A stretch of DNA of 64,000 nucleotides from Bacteroidota bacterium. Its GTDB lineage: Bacteria > Bacteroidota > Bacteroidia > JABDFU01. The stretch covers positions 1,053-65,052 of the forward strand of contig JABDFU010000009.1 in assembly GCA_013286385.1 (NCBI GenBank), in the 5' to 3' direction. Below the pieces are notes generated by a model that was not told the DNA's origin, did not search any database, and saw only the letters and a list, made by a program, of their open reading frames with translations. Below are positions 19,928-30,900 of this stretch, one piece after another. Made by a program: the position numbers and the translations under genes. Within the stretch, counting starts at the first letter, position 1. Each line of letters begins with the position of its first letter.

Positions 19928-19935
19928 TAAATTTG
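19928..19935 (+). promoter_or_regulatory. Candidate Bacteroidota -7 box (TAAATTTG = TAnnTTTG) upstream of rpiB
   Basis: Exact match to the TAnnTTTG consensus, 75-105 nt upstream of the possible rpiB starts. There is no clear -33 element. Confidence 0.3.
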
Positions 19936-20009
19936 AGGAGAATCTACCAACACAAATTACAGCCTATTCACACCTCTCCTGTTGATAAAATTAACAATAA
20001 GAATCGAGA

Positions 20010-20501
20010 ATGTCCTCCAATATTGAGGACTTTTACAGTATGGGTACAACAACTAAAATCGACAGATTAAAAATTGGTATAGGTTGCGATCATGCCGGTT
20101 TTGAATTAAAAGAAGAGCTTAAGAAGTATATGCTTGAAAAAGAATGGGATCTGAAGGATGCCGGTACTTTTTCAACCGAACGATGTGATTACCCGGATTT
20201 TGCACACCGTGTTGCAAATCTGGTGGAATCAAAAGAGGTGGATTTCGGTTTGTTAATTTGCGGTTCGGGAAACGGCATTAATATGACAGCAAACAAACAC
20301 AAAGGAGTACGATCGGCACTTTGCTGGAACAGGGAAATTGCGGTATTGGCGCGCCAGCACAACGATGCGAATATAATGGCACTGCCTGCGCGGTTTATTG
20401 ATAGTTTGGAGGCAAAGGCCTGCGTGGATGTTTTTTTCTCAACTGTGTTTGAAGGGGGTAGGCACACAGAACGAGTGAATAAAATCGGCGAAGGGTGTTA
20501 A
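20010..20501 (+). CDS. rpiB: Ribose-5-phosphate isomerase B
   Basis: IGIGCDHAGFELKEEL...LICGSGNGINMTANK...FEGGRHTERV. The true start may be the ATG at 20040 (MGTTTKIDRLKIGIG). Confidence 0.9.
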   Translation: MSSNIEDFYSMGTTTKIDRLKIGIGCDHAGFELKEELKKYMLEKEWDLKDAGTFSTERCDYPDFAHRVANLVESKEVDFGLLICGSGNGINMTANKHKGVRSALCWNREIAVLARQHNDANIMALPARFIDSLEAKACVDVFFSTVFEGGRHTERVNKIGEGC

Positions 20502-21514
20502 AATCAATCCGGCCTTTGTTTAAGGTTTGTTTTCTGATACTTCCGGTTTGCGTTTTAGCGCAAACCCAGGACACTGTAAGAAAGCGTTTTGCCGATGGTA
20601 TTACAAAAGAGAAACTCAGAATAGTCCTGACCCGGATAGCGTCGGACGAAATGGAAGGAAGGGAAAGCGGTAAAAGGGGGCAGAAGATCGCTGCAGATTA
20701 CATTTCCCTTCAATTCAAAAGCCTTGGGCTGCAACCGGCCGTAAACGATACCGGTTATTTTCAGTCCTTTCCCCTGGACAAGGATAAACAGAATACGGCC
20801 TGGTCTGAAAATGTTCTGGGTTATATAGAAGGATCAGACCTTAAAACCGAACTGATTGTTATTTCTGCGCATTACGACCATCTGGGAATCCGGGCCGGAC
20901 ATATTTTTAATGGCGCCGATGACGATGGCTCCGGAACAGCAGCGGTCATTGAGCTGGCAGCAGCTTTTTCCATGGCCCAAAAACAAGGTTATGGTCCCCG
21001 GCGCAGTTTATTATTCCTGCTTTTTTCAGGAGAAGAAAAAGGCCTGCTGGGTTCTGAATTTTATGTCGAACATCCGGTTTACCCATTGACGAGTACCGTG
21101 GCAGATCTGAATATCGATATGATCGGACGGATTGATGACCGGCATAAAGAAAGTCCGGATTCTGCAGGCTATGTGTATGTTATAGGCTCGGATAAAATGA
21201 GTCTTGAGCTTCATCGGATAAACGAAGAGGCGAATTCGGGTTATTGTAAATTAAGCCTTGATTATACCTATAACAGCAAAGATGACCCCCATCATTATTA
21301 TTATCGTTCCGATCAGTATAACTTTGTAAAACAGGGCATTCCTGTAATCTTTTACTTTAACGGAACACATGCCGATTATCACAGGGAAACAGACCGTACC
21401 GATAAAATTAATTTTGAGTTGCTCTGCAAACGTACCCGGCTTGTATTTTTAACGGCGTGGGAGCTGGCCGCCAGAAACGACAGAATAAAAACGGATGGCA
21501 AGAATGAAAATTGA
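20495..21514 (+). CDS. M28-family metallopeptidase (secreted aminopeptidase-like)
   Basis: 339 aa with a signal peptide. ISAHYDHLG and GADDDGSGTAAVIELA are zinc-ligand motifs. GTG start overlaps the rpiB end. Confidence 0.8.
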   Translation: MLKSIRPLFKVCFLILPVCVLAQTQDTVRKRFADGITKEKLRIVLTRIASDEMEGRESGKRGQKIAADYISLQFKSLGLQPAVNDTGYFQSFPLDKDKQNTAWSENVLGYIEGSDLKTELIVISAHYDHLGIRAGHIFNGADDDGSGTAAVIELAAAFSMAQKQGYGPRRSLLFLLFSGEEKGLLGSEFYVEHPVYPLTSTVADLNIDMIGRIDDRHKESPDSAGYVYVIGSDKMSLELHRINEEANSGYCKLSLDYTYNSKDDPHHYYYRSDQYNFVKQGIPVIFYFNGTHADYHRETDRTDKINFELLCKRTRLVFLTAWELAARNDRIKTDGKNEN

Positions 21515-21544
21515 AACGCGTACAGATGAACTAGCACTATACCC

Positions 21545-22924
21545 ATGAATCAACAGGAAGCATTTTTAGAAAATTCAGAAATCAAAACCTTTGATGCTGA
21601 GCACCACAGGAAGTTGCTGTACAATATCGGACAATACGATAAGAAAGTTGCTGAAGGCAAAGGGCAATACAGCAATCTTGAATTGGCAAAGACCAGAGCC
21701 GCAGCTTTAAAACACAAAGGAATTGAAAATCTTGAACGCTACCTTTGCGATTTCGAAAGCGCGTTTAAAAAACGAGGCGGTCAGGTCATCTGGGCCCAGG
21801 ATTCACAGGAAGCTATTCGGGAGATCAATAAAATAGTTAAAAAAGCCAATGCTAAAACGGTGGTCAAAGCGAAGTCGATGACCACCGAAGAAATTCACCT
21901 CAATAAAGAACTTGAAAAGCAGGGCGTCGAAAGCATCGAAACAGATCTTGGGGAATACATTGTTCAGCTCCGGGATGAACCGCCCTACCATATTGTTACG
22001 CCGGCCATGCACCTGTCAAAAGAGGATGTGGCGAAAACCTTTCATGAAAAGAAGAACACGCCCCCCAACTGGAGTCCGCCTGATATTGTGGCGTTTGTGC
22101 GCAATTTGCTCAGGGAAAAATACACCCAGGCTGAAGTCGGCGTCACCGGCGGAAATTTTCTTATTGCTGATATTGGGGCTGTGGCCGTTACTGAAAATGA
22201 GGGCAACGCACTTAATTCGGTTGCCCATCCCAACGTTCACATTGCCGTTGTTGGAATAGAAAAAATTATTCCGTCTCTTTCAGATCTGGATTTGTTCTGG
22301 TCACTTCTGTCTACTCATGGAACAGGTCAGAAATTAACGGTCTACAACTCCATTCTCAGCGGACCCCGTCAGCCCGGAGAGACGGATGGCCCCGAAGAAA
22401 TGTACGTTGTTCTTTTGGACAATGGGCGCACCGAACTTTTAGCTCAGAAGGAACAGCGCAGGGCCTTGTCTTGTATTCGTTGCGGAGCTTGCCTTAACGG
22501 ATGTCCGATTTATAAAAGTGTCGGCGGCCATGCGTATGGAACAACCTACAGCGGCCCTATTGGTTCGGTAATCAGTCCGTGGTTAAACGGAGTGGATAAA
22601 TTCAAACACCTGAGCTTTGCCTCCAGCCTTTGCGGCAAATGTTCTGAAGTTTGTCCTGTGAAAATTGATTTGCACAATTTGCTGTTGCTGAACCGCAAAG
22701 ATTTTGTTCAGGAAGGACACAAATCAAAATCGGAGGACCTCATGTGGTACGCATGGAAATCGGCTATGCTTAAACGCAAGACCATGGAAAGAGGAGGAGC
22801 CAAAGCCAAGAATTTTCTGCTCAGGCAATTTTTTAAGAAGACCTGGGGCGACCGCAGAACTCTTCCCGCTGTTGCGCCCAAATCCTTCAATGAAATCTGG
22901 AAGGAAAGGACAGGGTTGAAATAG
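21545..22924 (+). CDS. LutB/LldF-family iron-sulfur protein (LUD domain plus 4Fe-4S clusters)
   Basis: 459 aa with CIRCGACLNGCPIY and CGKCSEVCPV ferredoxin-type motifs after a LUD-like domain. No lutA or lutC lies beside it. Confidence 0.78.
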   Translation: MNQQEAFLENSEIKTFDAEHHRKLLYNIGQYDKKVAEGKGQYSNLELAKTRAAALKHKGIENLERYLCDFESAFKKRGGQVIWAQDSQEAIREINKIVKKANAKTVVKAKSMTTEEIHLNKELEKQGVESIETDLGEYIVQLRDEPPYHIVTPAMHLSKEDVAKTFHEKKNTPPNWSPPDIVAFVRNLLREKYTQAEVGVTGGNFLIADIGAVAVTENEGNALNSVAHPNVHIAVVGIEKIIPSLSDLDLFWSLLSTHGTGQKLTVYNSILSGPRQPGETDGPEEMYVVLLDNGRTELLAQKEQRRALSCIRCGACLNGCPIYKSVGGHAYGTTYSGPIGSVISPWLNGVDKFKHLSFASSLCGKCSEVCPVKIDLHNLLLLNRKDFVQEGHKSKSEDLMWYAWKSAMLKRKTMERGGAKAKNFLLRQFFKKTWGDRRTLPAVAPKSFNEIWKERTGLK

Positions 22925-22947
22925 ACAATCAAAAAACCCCGCAGACA

Positions 22948-23394
22948 ATGATAAATACGTGCAGCATAACATTTATCTGCGAAAAAGTAAATTTTTTTTT
23001 AAAAGATAAAAAACGAATCCAAAACTGGATTCGGACAACAATTCAAACCGAGAAACAAGCCGGAGGCACACTCTGTTTTGTTTTTTGTACGGACGGACAT
23101 TTGCTGGAAATGAATAAAAAATTTCTAAAGCACGATTATTATACAGATATTCTTAGTTTTGATTATTCGACGCCTTCTGAAAAGAATAAAAACGTTCGTA
23201 TTATTTCGGGGGACCTTTTGATCAGCCTGGATCGGGTAATGGAAAACGCTAAAGAACTGGGCCATAACTTTGACGAAGAGCTCAGGAGAGTTATGATTCA
23301 CGGTATTTTGCACCTGCTGGGGTATTCCGATAAAACGGTTTCAGAAAAAGCAAAAATGCGAAAAAAGGAAAACGCCTGTTTGGCGAACTATTAA
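22948..23394 (+). CDS. ybeY: rRNA maturation RNase YbeY
   Basis: 148 aa with the metal-binding motif HGILHLLGYSD. Confidence 0.9.
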   Translation: MINTCSITFICEKVNFFLKDKKRIQNWIRTTIQTEKQAGGTLCFVFCTDGHLLEMNKKFLKHDYYTDILSFDYSTPSEKNKNVRIISGDLLISLDRVMENAKELGHNFDEELRRVMIHGILHLLGYSDKTVSEKAKMRKKENACLANY

Positions 23395-23426
23395 TTTAAA
23401 GTTTAAATTTATACGGTAAATAACCA

Positions 23427-23867
23427 ATGATGCAAAAAACAATCTGTTCAGTCCTTCTCCTGATTTCCGCTATGTCCATAGCCCAGCAAAAAGTTCCGCA
23501 AACAGCCGTGCCAAGACCCGGTGCAATCCTTTCCGCAGCAAATCAAAAAGACACGCTGCTCTGTAAAGCATGGACCCTTTCCGTTGTGGATGTGTTTGGC
23601 ACAGTCAATAAACCTTCCGAAAAACAAAAAAACGACGGAGTCACTTTTATTCTGGACGGAACAGCATTTTTAACTATGGACGGTGTTGCCCGTACCGGCA
23701 AATGGAGTTTTGACAAGCCCCAATCGAATGTTACAATTGATGTTGACGGCGGAAAGGAAAAATTCAGGTTCAAAATTCTGAATCTGACCAAAGATCAGCT
23801 GCAGTACGAATACCAGGACCCCGAACTGATCAAAACCAAGTACACTTTTGTGCCGCTTAAAAAATAA
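23427..23867 (+). CDS. Hypothetical secreted protein (lipocalin-like)
   Basis: 146 aa with a signal peptide (MMQKTICSVLLLISAMSIAQQ). No diagnostic catalytic motif. Confidence 0.5.
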   Translation: MMQKTICSVLLLISAMSIAQQKVPQTAVPRPGAILSAANQKDTLLCKAWTLSVVDVFGTVNKPSEKQKNDGVTFILDGTAFLTMDGVARTGKWSFDKPQSNVTIDVDGGKEKFRFKILNLTKDQLQYEYQDPELIKTKYTFVPLKK

Positions 23868-23875
23868 TTGGTTTT

Positions 23876-24406
23876 CTACCGGCCGTTCTGCGTCTCCGCT
23901 TTCTTCACTTCTTTCTGCATGGCTTCGGTATATTTCTTGCTGAAATTAAAGGCCTTTAATTTCTGATCAAACGAAATGCTGGCTATCGGGAAATCAAGGT
24001 AGAAATCATCTACCCCCTGCATTTCCTGAATCAGTTGCAGGTCAAATTCGAAAACAAAAAGCGGGTTGGTGTTGATGTTGTCAGCCAGATCGGTGTTAAT
24101 GGTTAAAAAACGGGAGTAATAACCGGGTGCCGTAATATGAAGGGAATAACGCTTGTTGCGAAGAAGTACAAATCTGAAATCTCTGTTGGTTTTTGTCTTA
24201 ACCGAATCAATGAGCTCTGAGCCCAGGAAAAGTTCCACTTTTACGGCTTTAACAGCAGGGAGTTTATCGAAATAGCCAACAATGGCAAGGCAGGCATCTT
24301 TATCTGAAATCCGGGCTTTTGAATTTTTAGTTTGAGACCAGGCAGGCGCACAGGCGATCAATAGGATCGACCAATGGAAGAATACAGACCGCATGTTCAA
24401 ATTCAT
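23876..24406 (-). CDS. Hypothetical secreted protein
   Basis: 176 aa with a signal peptide. The middle part (RFVLLRNKRYSLHITAPGYYSRFLTINTD) resembles a carboxypeptidase-regulatory-like beta-sandwich. Confidence 0.45.
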   Translation of the reverse strand: MNLNMRSVFFHWSILLIACAPAWSQTKNSKARISDKDACLAIVGYFDKLPAVKAVKVELFLGSELIDSVKTKTNRDFRFVLLRNKRYSLHITAPGYYSRFLTINTDLADNINTNPLFVFEFDLQLIQEMQGVDDFYLDFPIASISFDQKLKAFNFSKKYTEAMQKEVKKAETQNGR

Positions 24407-24491
24407 AGCCGACGAATATACAAAACTAGTGTATTATCAGAATTATATAATTGTGAATTTACTTTGCAACGGGGATTCAGTTATTTCAGGG

Positions 24492-25448
24492 TCATTTTTC
24501 CATGCCAATGTGAAGAAGGGCCTCTCCCACATGAACGACCGGCTTGTTGTTTATGCCGATAATAAAACCATCTTCTGGAGCCCGAAGTGTTATTTCATTC
24601 TTATTATAGGGATCAGATATCGTTCAGATTAACTCATCTTTTTCGAAAAAGGAGCCGAATTTTTTGGGCGTTCGAAAAAGCCCTGCCTCGGAAGCTCTTA
24701 TCCACTTGTCCCTTCCAATAACTATGGTATGCGATTGCGGCAATTGAGCTTTTATCATTTCCAGATTTTTCAGGATGCGCAGGCAACCTGTAAAACCTTC
24801 GTTTATGGCGGTGTTGTTAAACCGGAGAGACTCCCCGGCCTCAAATACCAGAATCTGTTTGCCCAACCTGGAAGCCTCCATTCTCAACGACCCTTCCCTG
24901 TAGGGCGAATTGATAATAAAGGGAGGTGCAAACAATTTAGCAAGCTCCAGATTGCGGGGATCATCAAATACGCAGCGCAGCTGAGGGTAGTTGTTTATTC
25001 GCGCACCCCCGGTATGGAAATCAATTCCAAAATCAATCACTGGAACAATGTTGTGCATAATGTCATGAGCAATCCGGCTGCCGAGCGAACCGCTTTTACT
25101 CCCCGGAAAACAACGGTTGAGGTCCCTCCCATCAGGCAGATCGCGCTGACTGAAAAGAAAGGACACAATATTAAATACGGGTATGGCAATGATTGTTCCG
25201 CAGAGCGGTTTTGCGATTGCCGGATGTTTGAGGAGTTGGCGGATGATTTCAACGCCGTTTAGTTCCTCTCCGTGCATTCCTGCACATAGCAATACCACCG
25301 GCCCCTTTTTTTCCGAACGAAAAACATAGGCCGGTGTTTCAATAAGATTCTGACTGGGCAACTCGTGCGTGCTGAAAACAACTGTTTTGTTCTCACCCGG
25401 CAAAATACGTGTCCCGTTAATTGTGATTGTTGAAAATTCCTTGCTCAT
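24492..25448 (-). CDS. Succinylglutamate desuccinylase/aspartoacylase (M14-like) family protein, interrupted by an in-frame TGA at 24624-24626
   Basis: VVLLCAGMHGEELNG and DFHTGG motifs. After the TGA the same frame continues TISDPYNKNEITLRAPEDGFIIGINNKPVVHVGEALLHIGMEK* (stop 24492-24494), the expected C-terminal barrel of this family. Confidence 0.75.
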
Positions 25449-25496
25449 CCCTGATGGCTAATGTCTGCCTGCCGCAGGCATGGCTAATCGTTATTT

Positions 25497-26375
25497 TTAC
25501 TGAAACTCATTGCGCTCCACGTATTCAATTATTTTGCCCGCAATGTCGACCCCTGTTGCGCCTTCAATACCTTCCAGACCAGGTGAAGAATTTACTTCCA
25601 TAATGAGTGGCCCTCTTGCAGACTGAAGCATGTCCACTCCGGCAATCCCCAGGCCTAGTTTCTTTGCCGCTTTGATGGCAGTTGCTTTTTCTTCGGCAGT
25701 AAGTTTGATCAGGGTTGCTTTTCCGCCCCGGTGAAGATTGGATCTGAATTCGCCCTCTGCCCCCTGGCGCTTCATGGCGCCAACCACCTGGCCGTCTACT
25801 ATAAAGGCGCGGATATCCGCGCCTTTTGCTTCTTTGATAAATTCCTGCACCAGAATGTTGGCCTCCAGACTAAGAAAGCCTTCAATGACAGCAGAAGCCA
25901 CCTTGTGGGTCTCTGCCAGTATGACCCCGATCCCCTGCGTTCCTTCCAGCAACTTGATAACGACCGGTGCACCCCCTACCTGATTGATAATATTGTCCAT
26001 GTCATTCGAACTATAGGCAAAAGAAGTCTTGGGCATTCCCAGTCCCGCGCGGGCTAAAAGCTGAAGACTGCGTAGTTTGTCCCTCGAACGCATCAGCGCC
26101 TGGGACTCTACGGCAGTAAATATTTTCATCATTTCAAACTGACGCACGACGGCGCTTCCGTAAAAAGTAGCTGATGCCCCGATACGCGGGATCACAGACC
26201 CTACTCCTATTACTTCTTTGCCGTGATAAAAAATGTGAGGACGTCCCTGTTCAATAACCAAAACGCATTTCATGTGGTCAAGAACCAGCATTTCGTGTCC
26301 GCGCTGTTCCCCGGCTTCAATCAGGCGCTTAGTCGAATACAGGCGGGGGTTTCGCGATAAGAGTACAATTTTCAT
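25497..26375 (-). CDS. rimK: RimK-family ATP-grasp alpha-L-glutamate ligase
   Basis: 292 aa with an ATP-grasp sequence very close to RimK ([56 protein letters not shown]). Confidence 0.9.
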   Translation of the reverse strand: MKIVLLSRNPRLYSTKRLIEAGEQRGHEMLVLDHMKCVLVIEQGRPHIFYHGKEVIGVGSVIPRIGASATFYGSAVVRQFEMMKIFTAVESQALMRSRDKLRSLQLLARAGLGMPKTSFAYSSNDMDNIINQVGGAPVVIKLLEGTQGIGVILAETHKVASAVIEGFLSLEANILVQEFIKEAKGADIRAFIVDGQVVGAMKRQGAEGEFRSNLHRGGKATLIKLTAEEKATAIKAAKKLGLGIAGVDMLQSARGPLIMEVNSSPGLEGIEGATGVDIAGKIIEYVERNEFQ

Positions 26376-26391
26376 TCGTAAATAGGGTAAA

Positions 26392-26835
26392 TTATTTTTT
26401 TCTGTTCAGCAAATAGGTTTCGGTCACGTCCACAACAAACCGGTTTTTAAGCAGTTTCCTGCCGATCAGTACCGGGTAGCGCATGCTTCCGCGATCAGTT
26501 AAAGATATTGAAGTTTTAACAATTTTACGTCCGATTTTAATCCGTGTTTTAATTACGTAACGCATTTCAAGGTCTCCGGATGAATTGCGTACGCCTTTTT
26601 GATTGAACGATTCGAAGCAAATCAACTGCTCATTGTATTCGGGGTGGCTGGGGTCAAGCAGTTTAAAACAAAGCAGGTTTTTCCCGTTTGATTTTTTCAG
26701 CTCAATGTTCTGACAATGCAGGGCTGTGCTGTAGGCCCCCGTATCAACCTTCGCATCAATCTCGTCAAGGCCCAGATCCGGGAAAGAAACAGTCTCTCTT
26801 CGTCCGATTGTAAGCAGAGGTCTTTGGTTTTCCAT
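26392..26835 (-). CDS. Retropepsin-like protease of the RimK-associated family (PF05618 / DUF785, RimB-like)
   Basis: 147 aa. [15 protein letters not shown] contains the aspartic-protease D-T-G-A signature. It lies immediately upstream of rimK. Confidence 0.7.
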   Translation of the reverse strand: MENQRPLLTIGRRETVSFPDLGLDEIDAKVDTGAYSTALHCQNIELKKSNGKNLLCFKLLDPSHPEYNEQLICFESFNQKGVRNSSGDLEMRYVIKTRIKIGRKIVKTSISLTDRGSMRYPVLIGRKLLKNRFVVDVTETYLLNRKK

Positions 26836-26879
26836 GATCGTATTTCGAATGCAAGGTAAAGATACTTACGCTGACTTGT

Positions 26880-26887
26880 TAACTTTG
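26880..26887 (+). promoter_or_regulatory. Candidate -7 box (TAACTTTG) 9 nt upstream of the FAD oxidoreductase start
   Basis: Exact TAnnTTTG match in the 60-bp divergent spacer. It would imply a very short leader. Confidence 0.3.
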
Positions 26888-26895
26888 TCCCCAAA

Positions 26896-27945
26896 ATGCC
26901 TGAATTGGATTACCTGATCGTAGGACAAGGAATTGCCGGAACGGCTATGGCCGAAACGCTTATTAAGAGGGATCTGAAAATCCATGTGATAGACGATTGG
27001 AATTTTTCCTCTTCTTCCAAAGTTTCGGCCGGACTGTTCAATCCCATGGTTTTCAAGCGTCTCAACAGAAGCTGGATGATAGACGAGCTCTTGCCTGTAG
27101 CCGAGACTTTTTATAGCGAAATGGAGCGCAAACTAAATGCGCGTTTTTATTACAAAAAGGAACTTGTAAAAATAATTTTTGAAGAAAACGAGAGAGATTT
27201 CTGGCTGAAAAAGGCCCTGGACCCGGTTCTTAAACCATACCTGAGTGAAAACATCACAACTCCTTTTTTACCGGATGAAATAAACAGTCCGTTCGGAGTC
27301 GGTTTTGTTTTCAAAAGCGGAAATGTGGACGTGAAAAAAATGCTTTTGCTCTATCGGGATTACCTTAAAAGCAGCAATAGGCTAAGTGATGAGCGCTTCG
27401 ATTACGCGAGGCTTCGGGTGGGCTCTGAATCGGTTGAATACAAAGGCCTTCGTGCAAAAAAGATTATTTTTTGCCAGGGTTTTCGTGCCAGCGAAAACCC
27501 CTGGTTCAGCTGGATGAAATTTAAGCTCAGCAAAGGTGAAATCCTGACCATCAGATGCAAGCTGTCGCTGAAAGACCAATTTCTGGTAAAAGGCGTATTT
27601 GTAGTGCCGTTTGGGGAAGGCACCTACAAAGTGGGATCAACACATAATTGGGAAGACCTTACCGAAAACACCACTGAAAAGGGCAAAGCTGAACTGTGCG
27701 AAAAACTTACCAAGATACTTAAGGTTCCATACACAGTAATTGATCAGCAGGCCGGTGTTCGACCGACTGTTGCTGACCGCAGACCCATCCTTGGCGCCCA
27801 TCCCGAAAACGTGGTCTTAACTGTTTTTAACGGACTGGGTACAAAAGGAACCCTGCTGGCTCCCTGGTTTGCAACGCATATGGCTGATTTTTTATCAACA
27901 GGGAGGGGTTTGCTGAAAGAAGTGGATATCGGGAGATTTGTGTAA
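26896..27945 (+). CDS. FAD-dependent oxidoreductase (DAO / glycine-oxidase-like family)
   Basis: 349 aa with the N-terminal dinucleotide fold DYLIVGQGIAGTAMAE. Confidence 0.75.
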   Translation: MPELDYLIVGQGIAGTAMAETLIKRDLKIHVIDDWNFSSSSKVSAGLFNPMVFKRLNRSWMIDELLPVAETFYSEMERKLNARFYYKKELVKIIFEENERDFWLKKALDPVLKPYLSENITTPFLPDEINSPFGVGFVFKSGNVDVKKMLLLYRDYLKSSNRLSDERFDYARLRVGSESVEYKGLRAKKIIFCQGFRASENPWFSWMKFKLSKGEILTIRCKLSLKDQFLVKGVFVVPFGEGTYKVGSTHNWEDLTENTTEKGKAELCEKLTKILKVPYTVIDQQAGVRPTVADRRPILGAHPENVVLTVFNGLGTKGTLLAPWFATHMADFLSTGRGLLKEVDIGRFV

Positions 27946-27987
27946 CAATTTCAGTGGATTAAACGTAGAAATAGAGCTTAATTGAAT

Positions 27988-27995
27988 TAAATTTG
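27988..27995 (+). promoter_or_regulatory. Candidate -7 box (TAAATTTG) in front of the giant gene
   Basis: Exact TAnnTTTG match. If it is used, the transcript starts near 28002, and translation more likely starts at the ATG at 28024 (MAKTVALLLFVLSG...). Confidence 0.35.
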
Positions 27996-27999
27996 CTAT

Positions 28000-30900
28000 A
28001 TGTTATCAACAGGAGAAAAAGTCATGGCTAAAACCGTAGCCTTGTTGCTTTTTGTTTTATCAGGGGCATTTTCACTAAGGGGGTATTCTCAAACTACTTA
28101 TTATTCTTACCAGACAGGAGACTGGAATGCAGCTTCGACCTGGACTTCTGATCCAAGCGGAACAACGCAGGTTGGCGCAACTGTTCCCGGCAATGGCAGC
28201 AATGTAATTATTTTGTCTAACCGGACCGTTTCCATTTCAACCAACATTGCCACTACAACCCTGAGCGTATCAATAAACAGCGGAGCCTTTCTTGACCTGA
28301 GCACCTTTTCATTCACCTCCGGATTTTCAACACTTGCCGGCCAGGGCACATTAGAATTGGCCTCGGTTAATTTCCCATCCGTTGCGACAAACAATCTATG
28401 TGCTTCAGGAGGCGGAACAGTTGAATATTACAACGCTGCAAATTTTACACTGCCTGCTGTTTCCACCTATAATAATTTGACTATAAATACAGTAAGTTTT
28501 ATCGCTACCCAGCTCAGCAACATTACGCTGAACGGAAACCTGAATGTGGTAAGCGGGACATTTCAGATCAATAACAATACCTCCACAACAGCTCTTGTTT
28601 TGACTATAAATGGCAGCGTAAATGTTAGTTCAGGAGCAACTATAGCTGTAGGCCAGGGTTCCACCAATACTACGACCAATCCCTCTGGGGTGGCTGCGGG
28701 TGGATCTTATCCCTTTATCAATTACTATGCTCAGTTTCACCGGGTGAACATCTATGGTGATTTTATCAATAACGGAACTGTACGGTTTACGAATTTAACT
28801 TACCCTGTTTACAATCTTTTTCCTCCGCTTGGCAATGCAGCCACATCCGGTGCAGCATCTGTCTGCTTCAGTGGCTCAACCAGCAACGTAATTACCTGCA
28901 ATGGCCAGACCGATTTTTACAACCTCATTCTGAACAAGGCAGATGTAAGTTACCAGCTGACCGTTACTCCCTCCTCTTACAGCAATTTCAGGTTGTTTGG
29001 AGCAAACAGTGCGGGGTACGATCTGACCAGTCCGTCCACAACTCTTGCCAATCCTAATCTTCAGAAAGCGCTCTGGATAAGAACAGGAACACTGGTCCTG
29101 GCAGGAACAACTGTTATCCCCTCTCTTACAGAAGGTACAAGTGCAACAGCTGATTATTACCTTCCCGAAAATGGCCTATTAAACATAGACGGACCTGATG
29201 TAATTGTACTGGGCACCGCTGATGTATATCAGGACGTAAACGCCGCTTATGGCGTAAGCGGAGGAAGTGGTTCAGTAAACGGAGTTGTGGCAGGAAATAC
29301 TCCGGCTGTATACAATTCATTTTACCTGTTCGGACAGCTTCAGGTAAACAGCGGATTTTTTTCCACCCGTGAATCGGGTGGAATAATAACAGACAACACC
29401 GCCGCAGGACAGCTGATCATAAACGGCGGAAATGTGGATACAAAACAGTTTCTGTGTCTTACAGGCGCAGGTTCTGCAGCATCCTTTCAGCAGAACGGGG
29501 GAAATTTCTTTATCAGGGGACGCTTCCAGCGAACACCTCTGGCTTATACCTCTGCGGCTAATCTTTTGGATACCACGACTGCTTCTTTGAACACTTCAAG
29601 GGCGATGGACGGGATTACTACGGGATACGGCAGTTTTGGCATGGATAACAGCACCAATTTATTCACGATGACAGCAGGCATCATGACCATTTACGATGTA
29701 TGTGACCAGTCGGGACAATACGCCATTGAAGTGTACTCATCTGCTTCCAATATCAATGTTACAGGTGGCACTGTAAAATTTATCCCGACAACAGGAACTG
29801 TTCTTGCAGATGCCTCCGATTATCTGGTGTCTTCCCTTGCCTCTTTCGGAAATCTCTTGATCAGTCGCGCAAGCGGATCGGCCGTGGTAGAACTTAACGG
29901 CGCCGGATCGGGTTATCCCCTTACCGTTCTGGACAGCGTTAGCCTTTCTTCAGGGTCTTTCAATGCGAATGGCCAGAATCTGACAATTGGCGGAAACTTC
30001 ACACTATACAGCGGCACAACCTACACCACAGGATCCAATACAACAATCTTCAATGGCAGCGGCACCCAGGTATTTAACATCAACCTCGCTACGGCGCTTT
30101 CCCTGAATAGCCTGAGCATTTCCAAGTCATCAGGCACTACGCTTAATTTCGACGGAACACAAAAGACAGTCAACGTGCTTGGTAATTTCAGCCTGACCCT
30201 GGCCACTATGAATGATAACGGGGACGCGATTAATGTGACCGGTAATGTATACAATTCAGGAGTTCACAGCGGGACGGGCATGATTACGCTGAATGCTTCA
30301 GCAACCACTCAGACGATAGATGGAAACGGAATTTTTCAGAACCTTGAACTTAACAATACAAATGGGGCAGCTGCTCCTGTATCCCTTGTAAACAATTGCA
30401 CAGTAAATGGTAATCTGACCTTCAGTCAGAATAATATGTTTGCAATCGGAACCTACAACCTGACGCTGAATGCAACGGCAGCAATTGTAAAGTCAGGTTC
30501 CTCCGGAGCGAACAGTTATCTGGAAGGAGCCGGGAACTACGGCGACGGAGGCGTAACAAAAGTTTTTTCAACCAGTTCCACAGCTTTTACTTACCCCATA
30601 GGTATGGCAGCAGGCTATACCCCTGCCAGCTTTACCTTCACAACAAATCCCACAACTTACGGTTCGATTAATGTGGTGCCTGTAAATTACGAACAACCTG
30701 ACGTGACGGTAACCGGCCAGAGTCTGAATTATTTCTGGAGGGTTACTTCATCCGGTTTTACAATGGGGTCAGGTCAGTTAACTCAGGGCTACACCTACCT
30801 GGAGGCAAATGTACAGGGAACCGAATCAAGTTATGTAGCTGCTGATTATACCGAAAGCACGAATACCTGGGCTTATGGGTTAACCAGCGATGTAAATACT

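Noticed and set aside
13573-24626. Hypothesis that TGA is reassigned (Gly or Trp), because two in-frame TGAs (13573-13575, 24624-24626) are followed by plausible coding sequence
   Set aside because: Several conserved genes end at TGA at exactly the expected length and close to the next gene. Examples are fabF (...VIVKKFKG*), ogt (17 nt before kynA), kynA, the M42 peptidase and the 41274-42176 methyltransferase. TGA is therefore a functional stop here, and the two cases are better explained as errors or mutations.
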